Positions 49,875 through 59,340 of a stretch of DNA of 64,000 nt are shown one piece after another (the stretch's first letter is position 1; each line of letters opens with the position of its first letter). Position numbers and translations under genes: made by a program. The notes below the pieces were generated by a model. It did not search any database. It was given only the letters and a program-made list of their open reading frames with translations, and was not told where the DNA came from. This DNA comes from an uncultured Flavobacteriales bacterium (GTDB taxonomy: Bacteria; Bacteroidota; Bacteroidia; Flavobacteriales_D; Crocinitomicaceae): NCBI GenBank assembly GCA_905480355.1, contig CAJQQA010000018.1, positions 12 through 64,011 on the forward strand. Reading direction: 5' to 3'.

Positions 49875-50837
49875 TCAATTTTCCTTCTCAAAAAAATCAT
49901 ACTCGAATTTTTCAATTTGCAAAAACTCATTTTCTTTGTTGCAAAAGTTAATCTTGTGTATTGTTTGAAAAGGTAAATTGTCTTTAAATACAAAAGTTGA
50001 CACCTTTCCAGTAATAAATACATCATTATTAAAAGTAGAGTCAATAAAGCCAGTACAGATTCCTTGCTCATTGTATTCTAAATATTTAATATTAATAAAT
50101 GGGTCAAGAGATGAGTTAATCTTTTTTGGGTGTATTCCTTCTTCAAGGTATGTATAGCTTATAACTTTTGATTCATTCACTGTATTCTCCACTTGATATG
50201 ACTTCACAGGTTTCTTTGGCGTGCCAAAGACTATAAGGTCGTTTGGATTAGGATTAAGAATAGAATCTACTGAAAGCACTCCCCAGTTTTTTTTCTTTGT
50301 TAAGAAGAATAATCTACCCCCAGTTTTTTCGTCAGAGTAGATAAGGAATTTAGCGTTATACTCTTCCTTTTTATGTCGAATAGCATGTTCTGTAGAGGCT
50401 TTCATCTCTCTGCCAAAGAAGTTTATGACGTTCAAAGTTGAGTAACCATATGAATCTGGAGTACCTTTATATGAATACAGTAAGGAGTCAATGCAATACC
50501 GCTCATAATAGCGGGCCACATTAATTGACGTCACATAGCCCTCAGAAGAAAATGAATAAATTTTAATTTCTTTTAGCCCTGGACTGTCTTCTTCATTATT
50601 GCTCGAATTGTAAAGTTTTCTTTTAATGCATTTAATTCCTTTTGCTCTAATTATTGAATCGTTGAACCAAAGTGGAAAGGAGATATTGTCTTCCGTTGAA
50701 TTGTACATTTGAGTCATATTGAAGATAAAACTCTTTGGAATTTCAGAATTTTGACCACTTATGTGTTCTTTTTTTTCTTGGCAAGAAAGCAACACTAAAG
50801 CACATCCAAACGTCATGAAAAAGTGTCTATTCAGCAT
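49875..50837 (-). CDS. Hypothetical lipoprotein (320 aa)
   Basis: Signal peptide with LLSC. No recognisable domain. Confidence 0.55.
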   Translation of the reverse strand: MLNRHFFMTFGCALVLLSCQEKKEHISGQNSEIPKSFIFNMTQMYNSTEDNISFPLWFNDSIIRAKGIKCIKRKLYNSSNNEEDSPGLKEIKIYSFSSEGYVTSINVARYYERYCIDSLLYSYKGTPDSYGYSTLNVINFFGREMKASTEHAIRHKKEEYNAKFLIYSDEKTGGRLFFLTKKKNWGVLSVDSILNPNPNDLIVFGTPKKPVKSYQVENTVNESKVISYTYLEEGIHPKKINSSLDPFINIKYLEYNEQGICTGFIDSTFNNDVFITGKVSTFVFKDNLPFQTIHKINFCNKENEFLQIEKFEYDFFEKEN

Positions 50838-50886
50838 ATGTAAACTTAAGCAACTAAACTGAGTTATTCAAAAAAAGAATGGGTTA

Positions 50887-51585
50887 TTACAAGTCTGCAG
50901 ATTCAATAATAGACACCCACTCATCTACTGTTTTGGCATCAGCAATTTTCTGTGCTCCAGATTGAGTTCTGCGTAATACAATCAAAGTACCACCCGAATT
51001 CAACTTTTCACCAAAGTCATTTGCGATTGAACGAATATAAGTTCCTTTACTGCAGCAAATTTCAAAATCTATTTCTGGAAACTTTTTGGTATCAATGGAG
51101 AAAGAATAAATATTAACAGTGTTTTGCTTCATCTTAACCTCCACTCCTTCTCTCGCCAATTCATAAGCACGTTTTCCGCCTATTTTCTTTGCGGAAAATA
51201 TTGGTGGAGTTTGTCGTTGTTCTCCAAGAAAACTTTGTGTGATTTCTTTTAACATCTCTTCCGTAATGTGGTCAGTCGGATATTCTTTGTCGAATTCAGA
51301 CTCTAAGTCGTATGAAGGGGTTGTTTTTCCCAATAAAATAGTTCCTGTATATGTTTTCTCCCCAATCATTATATCATTGATGAGTTTTGTGTGTTTACCA
51401 ATGCACAAAACCAACAGACCTGATGCTAAGGGGTCTAAAGTGCCAGCATGACCAACCTTTATTTTCTTAATCCCCAACCGTTGTTTTAGGTTCCATCTGA
51501 TTTTGTTGACAACATCAAACGAGGTCCAATTCAATGGCTTATCAACCAAAATTGTACTTCCAAGACTAAATTCTTTTAACAACAT
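50887..51585 (-). CDS. truB: tRNA pseudouridine-55 synthase
   Basis: KVGHAGTLDPLASGLLVLCIG. Confidence 0.95.
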   Translation of the reverse strand: MLLKEFSLGSTILVDKPLNWTSFDVVNKIRWNLKQRLGIKKIKVGHAGTLDPLASGLLVLCIGKHTKLINDIMIGEKTYTGTILLGKTTPSYDLESEFDKEYPTDHITEEMLKEITQSFLGEQRQTPPIFSAKKIGGKRAYELAREGVEVKMKQNTVNIYSFSIDTKKFPEIDFEICCSKGTYIRSIANDFGEKLNSGGTLIVLRRTQSGAQKIADAKTVDEWVSIIESADL

Positions 51586-51620
51586 TCTTTTTCAATGGTT
51601 TACAATTAATAAGAGGACGG

Positions 51621-52412
51621 TCACTTGACTGACCATGCAATTGCAATCAACCCAACGGCAAAGCAATAGTAAGAAAAGTAGGATAACTTACTTTTTTTAA
51701 CAAGACTAATCATCCATGTGCAGGCAACAATTCCGGTAATAAATGCTGCAATAAACCCTACGCTTATCACTGTAATAGATACATCTTCCGTAGTGAATTC
51801 ACTGCTAAATAAATCCTTCGCCATTTTACCAAAAATAAGTGGTACGACCATTAAAAAAGAAAACCGTGCGGCTTTCTCTCTGTCAACTCCAAGAAGTACA
51901 GAAGTGCCAATCGTTGCTCCAGATCTTGATATTCCAGGTAATATTGCAATGGCTTGAGCTATTCCGATAATTACAGCGTTTTTTGTGCTAATATCCCTCA
52001 CCGTATTCTTTGCTCTGTCTGCTAAAAATAAGAGTAAACCGGTAACAATTAACATTAATCCAACTAACAGCACCTGTCCTCCAAAGAAGCTTTCAATTAT
52101 ATCATCATATAGCACACCAACTATGGCTGCTGGAATCATGGAAAGAATGATTTTTATAGAAAACAAAAAATCATCATTCAATTTAAATTGAAATAACCCT
52201 TTAACGATTTTAATAATATCTTTTCTAAAAACGACAACTGTACTCAACGCTGTTGCGAAATGCAGGACAACCGTCATCATCATACTGGATCCACCTGACA
52301 ATTCTTGTCCTTGTATCGTTTTAACTAACTCAAGGTGTCCGCTACTACTGACAGGTAAAAATTCTGTCAATCCCTGAATGATTCCAAGAATAATTGCTTC
52401 AAGAAGACTCAT
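51621..52412 (-). CDS. uppP: Undecaprenyl-diphosphate phosphatase
   Basis: LGIIQGLTEFLPVSSSGHL and PGISRSGATI. Confidence 0.95.
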   Translation of the reverse strand: MSLLEAIILGIIQGLTEFLPVSSSGHLELVKTIQGQELSGGSSMMMTVVLHFATALSTVVVFRKDIIKIVKGLFQFKLNDDFLFSIKIILSMIPAAIVGVLYDDIIESFFGGQVLLVGLMLIVTGLLLFLADRAKNTVRDISTKNAVIIGIAQAIAILPGISRSGATIGTSVLLGVDREKAARFSFLMVVPLIFGKMAKDLFSSEFTTEDVSITVISVGFIAAFITGIVACTWMISLVKKSKLSYFSYYCFAVGLIAIAWSVK

Positions 52413-52418
52413 TATTGT

Positions 52419-52751
52419 TTACTTTTCTGAAGATTTCGGTTTCTTCATGATTGAATAAATGATTATAGCAAATCCCAAAATAATGAGCATTGGAGATATT
52501 GTAATGCGCATTGTACTAAACATTTCACCATCAAATACATTTGGATCTTCATTGGCTCCACCAATCATCAAGAAATAACCTAAAATGTTGATAGCTAGTC
52601 CAATTAATAAAATTTTGTAATTTTTCTTGTTGAATGAAAAAGGCGCTGAGCTAGTAAATCCCTTCAATGATACATTCTCATTCTTTGGAGCATCATCTAA
52701 TAAATCCGCTGTAGATTTTGCCGTTTCTGTTGCTGTCTTTTTTGAACTCAT
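52419..52751 (-). CDS. DUF3098-like small membrane protein
   Basis: 110 aa with FNKKNYKILLIGLAINILGYFLMIGG and a second TM. Its position between ftsX and uppP is typical of Flavobacteriia. Confidence 0.7.
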   Translation of the reverse strand: MSSKKTATETAKSTADLLDDAPKNENVSLKGFTSSAPFSFNKKNYKILLIGLAINILGYFLMIGGANEDPNVFDGEMFSTMRITISPMLIILGFAIIIYSIMKKPKSSEK

Positions 52752-52760
52752 AGTCCAAAT

Positions 52761-53651
52761 TTAATATAAATCATCTAACTTCAATCGTAAATATTTGTTA
52801 AGAGCGAACCAAGTAGATATAAAAGTGATAACAACCCCTATTGAAATTAGGCCGATTAACAGGAAAATGAAATAATTAAAATCAAATACAATCTCAATTG
52901 TATCAATCAAATTGTTGAGCGAATAAAATAATCCGAAAAGAAGAGCTAAAGCAATGATACCACTCACAGCTCCAATTCCGATAGCTTGCATTAAAAATGG
53001 CCTTCGAATGTAGCCTGATTTTGCACCAACTAGCTGCATCGTTTTGATTGAAAATCTTTTCGCGTAAAGCGACAATCTTATCGTATTGTTAATTAATGCA
53101 AACGCTACCATAATTAGCAACAATGCCACCACTCCAAACACAAAAATAAACTGTTTGAACCCTAGATTTACCTTTTTCACGCTTGATTCATCATAACTAA
53201 CCTCTTCCAATTGTGCACCATAAACTGTCAATAGTGTATCCTTAATACTAGCCATCCCTTCGAGTGTTGCGTAATTTGATTTTGGTCTAAAGCCAATTGT
53301 TGGTGGCAGTGGATTCTCTCCTTCAAAAATTGCTAAGATATTATCTGCATTCTCATCTTCTCCAGTAAATTCTTCAATAGCACGTTCTGGAGAAACATAA
53401 AAAACTTCATTAAATTGATCCCACGTTTTCAGCTCTTGCTCAATTTGTTTAATGTCCGATGGATTCATTTCAGGAATAAAAAACAAATCACCTTGAAGAC
53501 TTTCTTTGGCTTGTTTTTGCACATTATCCAATCCTAAAAATCCACCCATTACTATACCAATCATGAATAAGACAAGTGATATCCCGATGATTGTCGAAAT
53601 GTAACTGGATTTAACTCCACGCTTATTCATTCTGTCTACATTTTTACCCAT
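52761..53651 (-). CDS. ftsX: Cell-division permease-like protein FtsX
   Basis: 296 aa with TM1, a periplasmic domain and three C-terminal TMs (FtsX-like permease pattern). Confidence 0.8.
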   Translation of the reverse strand: MGKNVDRMNKRGVKSSYISTIIGISLVLFMIGIVMGGFLGLDNVQKQAKESLQGDLFFIPEMNPSDIKQIEQELKTWDQFNEVFYVSPERAIEEFTGEDENADNILAIFEGENPLPPTIGFRPKSNYATLEGMASIKDTLLTVYGAQLEEVSYDESSVKKVNLGFKQFIFVFGVVALLLIMVAFALINNTIRLSLYAKRFSIKTMQLVGAKSGYIRRPFLMQAIGIGAVSGIIALALLFGLFYSLNNLIDTIEIVFDFNYFIFLLIGLISIGVVITFISTWFALNKYLRLKLDDLY

Positions 53652-53918
53652 GCTGTGAAGTTAGCCTATTATTTGAAGTGGTAACTGGAGAGAAATGATA
53701 AGTTTTGAAGTAGAGAGTGTTGATTAGTAAGATTAGAAGATTGAGATTAATTACATTGATTATTATTCCCATTCTTAATTCATTTCTGCAAGACGACAAA
53801 CTCAAATGATTGCGAGTTAAAATGAAAAGCAGAGAGATTGAAATTCTAGTAACTCTGCAAGACAATAAACCATAATTTCAAGAATCAATTGTATATTGTA
53901 GAATCAAAAAAACAAACC

Positions 53919-55598
53919 ATGGGAGAATTTAAATCAGATATTGAAATAGCACAAGCAGCTGAAATGCAACACATCAAAAATATTGCCGCAAGTATCAGTA
54001 TTGATGAAGATGATTTAGAGCTTTACGGGAAATACAAGGCGAAACTACCATTGTCGTTAATTAACGAAGTCAGCATTAAGAAAAGTCACTTAGTATTAGT
54101 AACTGCTTTAACACCAACGCCTGCAGGTGAAGGAAAAACAACTACATCGATTGGGCTGACTGAAGGAATGAATAAAATCGGTAAAAAAGCTACTGTTGTT
54201 TTACGTGAACCTTCTTTGGGGCCAGTCTTTGGTATTAAAGGTGGTGCAGCTGGTGGCGGATATTCACAAGTTCTTCCAATGGAAGATATTAATCTTCACT
54301 TTACCGGTGATTTTTCGGCGATAGAAAAGGCGAATAATTTACTTTCCGCATTGTTGGATAATAATTTACAAAGCAAAACCAAAAACCTAGGTATAGACCC
54401 AAGAACGATTGGTTGGAAAAGGGTCATGGACATGAACGATCGTTCATTAAGAGATATTACTATAGGACTTGGTGGTCTTTTCAATGGAGTGCCACGGCAA
54501 GATGGGTTTAATATTACACCTGCATCTGAGGTGATGGCTATACTTTGTATGGCTGAAAATTTTGAAGATTTAAAGACACGGTTAGGCAATATTTATGTTG
54601 GTATGACATACGATAAAAAACCTGTCTATGCCCGTGATCTCAAGGCTGAAAATGCAATGGCAATACTTTTAAAGGATGCAATTCAACCAAATTTGGTGCA
54701 GACAATGGAGGGTAATCCGGCAATAATTCATGGAGGTCCGTTTGCAAACATTGCGCAGGGTACGAACACTATTTTAGCAACGAAGATGGGTCTTTCCCTT
54801 TCAGACTATGTAATTACAGAAGCTGGATTTGGTGCTGACCTTGGTGCTGAAAAATTCTTAAATATTAAATGTGTTTCAGGTGGTCTCAAGCCAGAAACAG
54901 TTGTGTTGGTTGCAACTATTAGAGCACTCAGACATCATGGCGGAGCAAAAAAAGAAGAATATAATACGCCGAGTGCGGAACGCGTGACAAAAGGCATTGT
55001 CAATTTAGAAAAACACATTGAAAACATTCAAAAATTTGGATTGAACCCTGTGGTTGCCATCAATGCGTTTCCAACTGACACGGACGAGGAAGTCAAAATT
55101 ATTGAAGCTCATTGTGCGAAATTTGGTGTGAAAGCGATTTTAGCAAAAGGATTTGCGCTTGGAGGTGAAGGAATGACTGAATTAGCAGAAGCCGTTGTAG
55201 CGGAAGTTGAATCTGGAAAAAACGAGTTTAAGCCATTGTACGATTGGAGCTTGTCAATACCTGAAAAGATAGAAATCATTGCGAAAGAAATCTATGGCGC
55301 TGACGGTGTTGATTATGCAAAAAAAGCAGAAACAGATTTAAAGAAAATAGAAGCTCTTGGATTAAATGCCTTGCCAATTTGCATGGCAAAAACACAGAAA
55401 TCATTTTCCGATGACGATAAGAAGTTAGGTCAGCCGACTGGTTTTAGGGTCACCGTTCGTGAATTTGAATTTGCCGCTGGAGCAGGATTTATTATTCCTA
55501 TACTAGGTAAAATGATGCGTATGCCAGGTCTACCTTCAACTCCAGCATCAGAAGGAATGTTTATTGATAATGATGGTAAAATATCAGGATTGAGTTAA
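53919..55598 (+). CDS. fhs: Formate-tetrahydrofolate ligase
   Basis: KSDIEIAQ, TPTPAGEGKTTTSIGL and EAGFGADLGAEKF. The ATG at 53919 is preferred to the TTG at 53889. Confidence 0.95.
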   Translation: MGEFKSDIEIAQAAEMQHIKNIAASISIDEDDLELYGKYKAKLPLSLINEVSIKKSHLVLVTALTPTPAGEGKTTTSIGLTEGMNKIGKKATVVLREPSLGPVFGIKGGAAGGGYSQVLPMEDINLHFTGDFSAIEKANNLLSALLDNNLQSKTKNLGIDPRTIGWKRVMDMNDRSLRDITIGLGGLFNGVPRQDGFNITPASEVMAILCMAENFEDLKTRLGNIYVGMTYDKKPVYARDLKAENAMAILLKDAIQPNLVQTMEGNPAIIHGGPFANIAQGTNTILATKMGLSLSDYVITEAGFGADLGAEKFLNIKCVSGGLKPETVVLVATIRALRHHGGAKKEEYNTPSAERVTKGIVNLEKHIENIQKFGLNPVVAINAFPTDTDEEVKIIEAHCAKFGVKAILAKGFALGGEGMTELAEAVVAEVESGKNEFKPLYDWSLSIPEKIEIIAKEIYGADGVDYAKKAETDLKKIEALGLNALPICMAKTQKSFSDDDKKLGQPTGFRVTVREFEFAAGAGFIIPILGKMMRMPGLPSTPASEGMFIDNDGKISGLS

Positions 55599-55600
55599 TA

Positions 55601-56653
55601 ATGCCGCGCAAGCTAACTTTAAACTCTTTTTCACTTAACAACAGTGTTTTGACAGAAGAAAATAAGATATCCGTCATTATGCCTGTGAAGGATACGGCGA
55701 AGTATCTTAGAACTTGTCTGGATTCTATAATTGATCAAACTTATACTAATTGGGAATTGCTAGCTGTTGATGATCGGTCTTCAGATTCTTCTTTTTCTAT
55801 TCTTAAAGAATATGCACAAAAAGACGATCGGATTTCTGCAATTTCAAATCCGGAACCATCTCTCCTTAATGCCTTACGTCTCGGTTATTCACATTCTAGT
55901 GGTGCACTAATCCATCGTATGGATTCTGATGATTATATGCCTCACGAAAAATTGAGGAGAATGATTGAAAAATCTAAAAAAGGTGTTCTTGTGACTGGCG
56001 CAACTGAATATTTCTCAGATGAAGCGCCAATCGGTGATGGATTCAGACGCTACGATAAATGGTTGATGGAGATTGCTGAAGTTCAAAGTTACCGTGAAGA
56101 AATGTACAAGGAATGTGTTATTCCTTCTAATTGTTGGTTGATTCATCGAGAAGATTTTGACAGAGTTAAAGGATTTCAACTAGACACGTTTCCCGAAGAT
56201 TATGATTTATGCTTTCGGTTTCTTGATGCAGGATTAAATATTGTCGGAATCCCTGAAGTTCTTCATAATTGGAGAGATAGAAGCGACCGTATATCGCGCA
56301 ATTGGGATGCGTATAAAGACAATCGGTTTTTTAATTTAAAAATCGTTTACTTTTATAGAATAAGCCGAGATTCAAAACGACCATTGGTGCTCTGGGGTGC
56401 TGGAAAGAATGGTAAAGATTTAGCCAAACTCATTCTCTTAAATGAAAATAATTTTCACTGGATTTGCGATAATGCTAAAAAGATTGGAAAAGATATTTAT
56501 GATATTCGAATGCATCATTTTGATCATCTTTTGAAACTAGACAATCCTCAATTAATTATCGCTGTAGCTTCACCTGATGGGCAGATAGAGATTCAGCAAA
56601 TACTGGATAAATTGAACTTAAAAAAAGGCGTTGATTACTGGTTTTTCGCGTAA
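55601..56653 (+). CDS. Glycosyltransferase family 2
   Basis: ISVIMPVKDTAKYLRTCLDSIIDQTY, VDDRSSD and DSDD. It starts 3 nt after the fhs stop. Confidence 0.85.
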   Translation: MPRKLTLNSFSLNNSVLTEENKISVIMPVKDTAKYLRTCLDSIIDQTYTNWELLAVDDRSSDSSFSILKEYAQKDDRISAISNPEPSLLNALRLGYSHSSGALIHRMDSDDYMPHEKLRRMIEKSKKGVLVTGATEYFSDEAPIGDGFRRYDKWLMEIAEVQSYREEMYKECVIPSNCWLIHREDFDRVKGFQLDTFPEDYDLCFRFLDAGLNIVGIPEVLHNWRDRSDRISRNWDAYKDNRFFNLKIVYFYRISRDSKRPLVLWGAGKNGKDLAKLILLNENNFHWICDNAKKIGKDIYDIRMHHFDHLLKLDNPQLIIAVASPDGQIEIQQILDKLNLKKGVDYWFFA

Positions 56654-56667
56654 CCTATTAATAACCG

Positions 56668-57318
56668 CTATCGAACAGAGGATTCAATTGCAAATTCATT
56701 TAGCTTCTTATTCATTTTTCGAACAGGTAAATTGTATCGTTGAGATGATTTAACTAAAGGATAAAAACGTGTATAATAAGGGAATGGTGATCTTAATTGT
56801 TTAAAATTAATGTCTCTAATAACAAAAGCGCTCATCGATGACTTTGTTACAGCTTCATCAATCGCATCTTGCTCTATAAAGCCAAATTCTCCGATGAGAT
56901 AATTGTATTTGGTTAATCCTAAGTTACTAACCGTCTCAAATTTAGAATTGTAAAATTGTACTTCATCAAAATTCTGTGACAATATTTTCTTCGAATCTTC
57001 GATTGCAAAGAAGTAAACTGGACAAAAGTTGAATATCGAGTCAAAAGTTGACACAATAACTTGATTCACTTCGAAAGCTTCCATTTTAATTTTCTCTGAT
57101 TCCTTAAAGTTTTGAAATTTTTCAAAATAGTCAATTCTACGTCGTTGAAAATCTAGACGAACAAGAAGAACGCCATTTTTAAGTTTTGTGATGTTTTGAA
57201 TTGGTATTTCAATTGTCGAGTCAGGAATTTCTATGGTACTTTTTGTTACAATAGAATCTTGGGCTGTAGTAGAAGTAAAATTTAAGACTATTGATAGAAA
57301 AAAAAGAGTTTTTAACAT
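56668..57318 (-). CDS. Hypothetical secreted protein (216 aa)
   Basis: Signal peptide and a short internal duplication (STIEIPDSTIEIP). No recognisable domain. Confidence 0.5.
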   Translation of the reverse strand: MLKTLFFLSIVLNFTSTTAQDSIVTKSTIEIPDSTIEIPIQNITKLKNGVLLVRLDFQRRRIDYFEKFQNFKESEKIKMEAFEVNQVIVSTFDSIFNFCPVYFFAIEDSKKILSQNFDEVQFYNSKFETVSNLGLTKYNYLIGEFGFIEQDAIDEAVTKSSMSAFVIRDINFKQLRSPFPYYTRFYPLVKSSQRYNLPVRKMNKKLNEFAIESSVR

Positions 57319-57504
57319 TCAGTAAAGGTATTGAAATATTTTTTGTGAGAAATTAGTCTTTCATAGGGGTATGATAGACCATAATTATTGAAACAATATG
57401 ATCTGCGTCCATACTCCAAAAAGAATCATACGATTGCTTCAACATCCCAATGCATTTTTTTTCAATTTCAGAATAAAATTAGCAAAAACGACTAACTTCG
57501 TATC

Positions 57505-59298
57505 ATGCAAGCACGCGAATTCTATACTTCCAATATTCAAAAAGGTAAAATCGAAATATCCCGCCTGAAAAAGGTTTTAATACAATTCTCCATGTTGAGA
57601 TTAGCTATTTTTCTTGCAATTATTGGCCTCTCTTATTTATTTAGAAGCTCAATTGGTGCAGTCACACTAATCATTGCATCCGGAATTACGCTGTTTTTAC
57701 TTTTCGTTTCGAAGTTTACAGATGCTAAAAATCAACGTGAATACTACAACCGTTATGTACGAATAAATGAAATTGAGCTGAGAGTATTACAAGGTGATAT
57801 TGCTGGATTAAAAACAGGGAAACAATTCATTTTTGAGAATCACTATTACAATCAGGATATTGATTTATTTGATGAAGGCTCTCTTTTTCAGCACATTTGT
57901 CGCTCGGAGACAGTTAACGGAGAACGTATTCTTGCAAAGTGGCTTAACTCTAACAACATTCAAGATATTGAAAAGAAGCAGTCTGTTGTCCATGAATTGT
58001 CTAACAAAGCAGATTGGCGACAGCATTACCAAATTACAGCCTCATTAATTGACAAAAATGCTTCAATAAGCTCAAATCCTAACGCATTAAAAAAGGAACA
58101 TTCTATTGATTGGATAAAAAAATACCACCCATTTGTTCCTACTATATTTCGTTTTGTACCATATTTTTTTTCAGCCCTTTCAATAGCCTGGATTACCATT
58201 TATTTCTTGGACTTACTCGCCGGTAAGTATCTTTTCTATTGGTTTTTATTAGGGTTAGCAATTACAGGGAAATATGTAAAGAAAATTACAGTATTATTTA
58301 ATTCTGCAAGCCAAATGCAAGAAACATTTGGACAATACTCCAAGCTTTTAGAGGCCATTGAAAAAGAAAGTTTCACTTGTGACTCTCTCAAGAATCATCA
58401 AGAAAAAATTAAAACTGAAGGAGCGAACGCATCTGCCCTTTTAAGGAATTACACAAAAGCAATAGACCAGCTCGGACAACGGAATAATTTATTGTTGGCG
58501 TTCCCTTTTAATGGTTTTCTTTTGTGGGATCTTATGTCGGCCTATCGAGTAGAAAAATGGCTCGTTGATTTCAAAGAAACTGTTGAGTGCTGGTTTGAAG
58601 TTGTTGAGTTTTTTGATGCTGCAAATTCGATGGGTAATTATGCGTTCAACAATGCCGATTATATTTACCCTAAGCTCTCAATAAACACATCAACGCTTAA
58701 AGCCACTCAGCTAGGCCATCCTTTGCTTCTAAAGGATAAGGTAGTACCCAATGATATTGACATTAATACCGAAGAGTTTTTTATCATTACTGGAGCGAAC
58801 ATGGCTGGAAAAAGTACCTTTTTGCGCACTGTCGCTTTAAATATAGTCATGGCGAATTGCGGACTTCCCGTTTCGGCCAAAGAATTTTTTTATCGACCAA
58901 TTAAATTAATTTCAAGTATGCGAACTTCTGATTCTTTACAGAATGATGAATCCTATTTCTTTTCGGAGTTGAAACGTCTGAAGTTTATTGTAGACAATAT
59001 CAAGACGGACGAATACTTGATTATCCTTGACGAAATTCTCAAAGGAACAAACAGTAAAGACAAAGCAGAGGGCTCAAAGAAATTTATTGAGAAACTTGTC
59101 AACTCTAAGTCAACTGGGATTATTGCAACACATGATTTGAGCTTGTGCGTATTATCTGATGAATTTACTGAAGTCAAAAATCATTACTTCGATGCCGAAA
59201 TAATTGATGATGAACTTCATTTTGATTATCAATTTAAGGATGGAGTTTGTCAAAACATGAATGCTTCTTTTCTATTGAAGAAAATGGACATTGTTTAG
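57505..59298 (+). CDS. MutS-related ATPase (MutS domain V only) with N-terminal transmembrane segments
   Basis: 597 aa. TM pairs at LAIFLAIIGLSYLF/LIIASGITLFLLFV and YFFSALSIAWITIYF/FYWFLLGLAITG. Walker A ITGANMAGKSTFLRTV, then SYFFSELKRL, LIILDEILKGTN and ATHD. No mismatch-binding domain I and no Smr domain. Confidence 0.85.
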   Translation: MQAREFYTSNIQKGKIEISRLKKVLIQFSMLRLAIFLAIIGLSYLFRSSIGAVTLIIASGITLFLLFVSKFTDAKNQREYYNRYVRINEIELRVLQGDIAGLKTGKQFIFENHYYNQDIDLFDEGSLFQHICRSETVNGERILAKWLNSNNIQDIEKKQSVVHELSNKADWRQHYQITASLIDKNASISSNPNALKKEHSIDWIKKYHPFVPTIFRFVPYFFSALSIAWITIYFLDLLAGKYLFYWFLLGLAITGKYVKKITVLFNSASQMQETFGQYSKLLEAIEKESFTCDSLKNHQEKIKTEGANASALLRNYTKAIDQLGQRNNLLLAFPFNGFLLWDLMSAYRVEKWLVDFKETVECWFEVVEFFDAANSMGNYAFNNADYIYPKLSINTSTLKATQLGHPLLLKDKVVPNDIDINTEEFFIITGANMAGKSTFLRTVALNIVMANCGLPVSAKEFFYRPIKLISSMRTSDSLQNDESYFFSELKRLKFIVDNIKTDEYLIILDEILKGTNSKDKAEGSKKFIEKLVNSKSTGIIATHDLSLCVLSDEFTEVKNHYFDAEIIDDELHFDYQFKDGVCQNMNASFLLKKMDIV

Positions 59299-59340
59299 GT
59301 CAAACTATTTTACAAAAAAAATGGAATCAACTCAAACAAT

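Noticed and set aside
53644-53865. 73-aa minus-strand ORF in the ftsX-fhs intergenic region
   Set aside because: Its end overlaps the ftsX start, and it has low-complexity Leu/Ile/Asn-rich composition typical of AT-rich non-coding DNA. There is no motif or coupling signal.
53652-53918. Possible ZTP (pfl) or THF riboswitch upstream of fhs, a classic ZTP-regulated gene
   Set aside because: I looked for the conserved ZTP elements, a GGGTCGTGACTGGCG-like 5' core and a CCGCCTGGGC-like 3' pseudoknot strand, and found neither. Only a vague gtaactggag resemblance exists. A covariance-model scan would be the definitive test.
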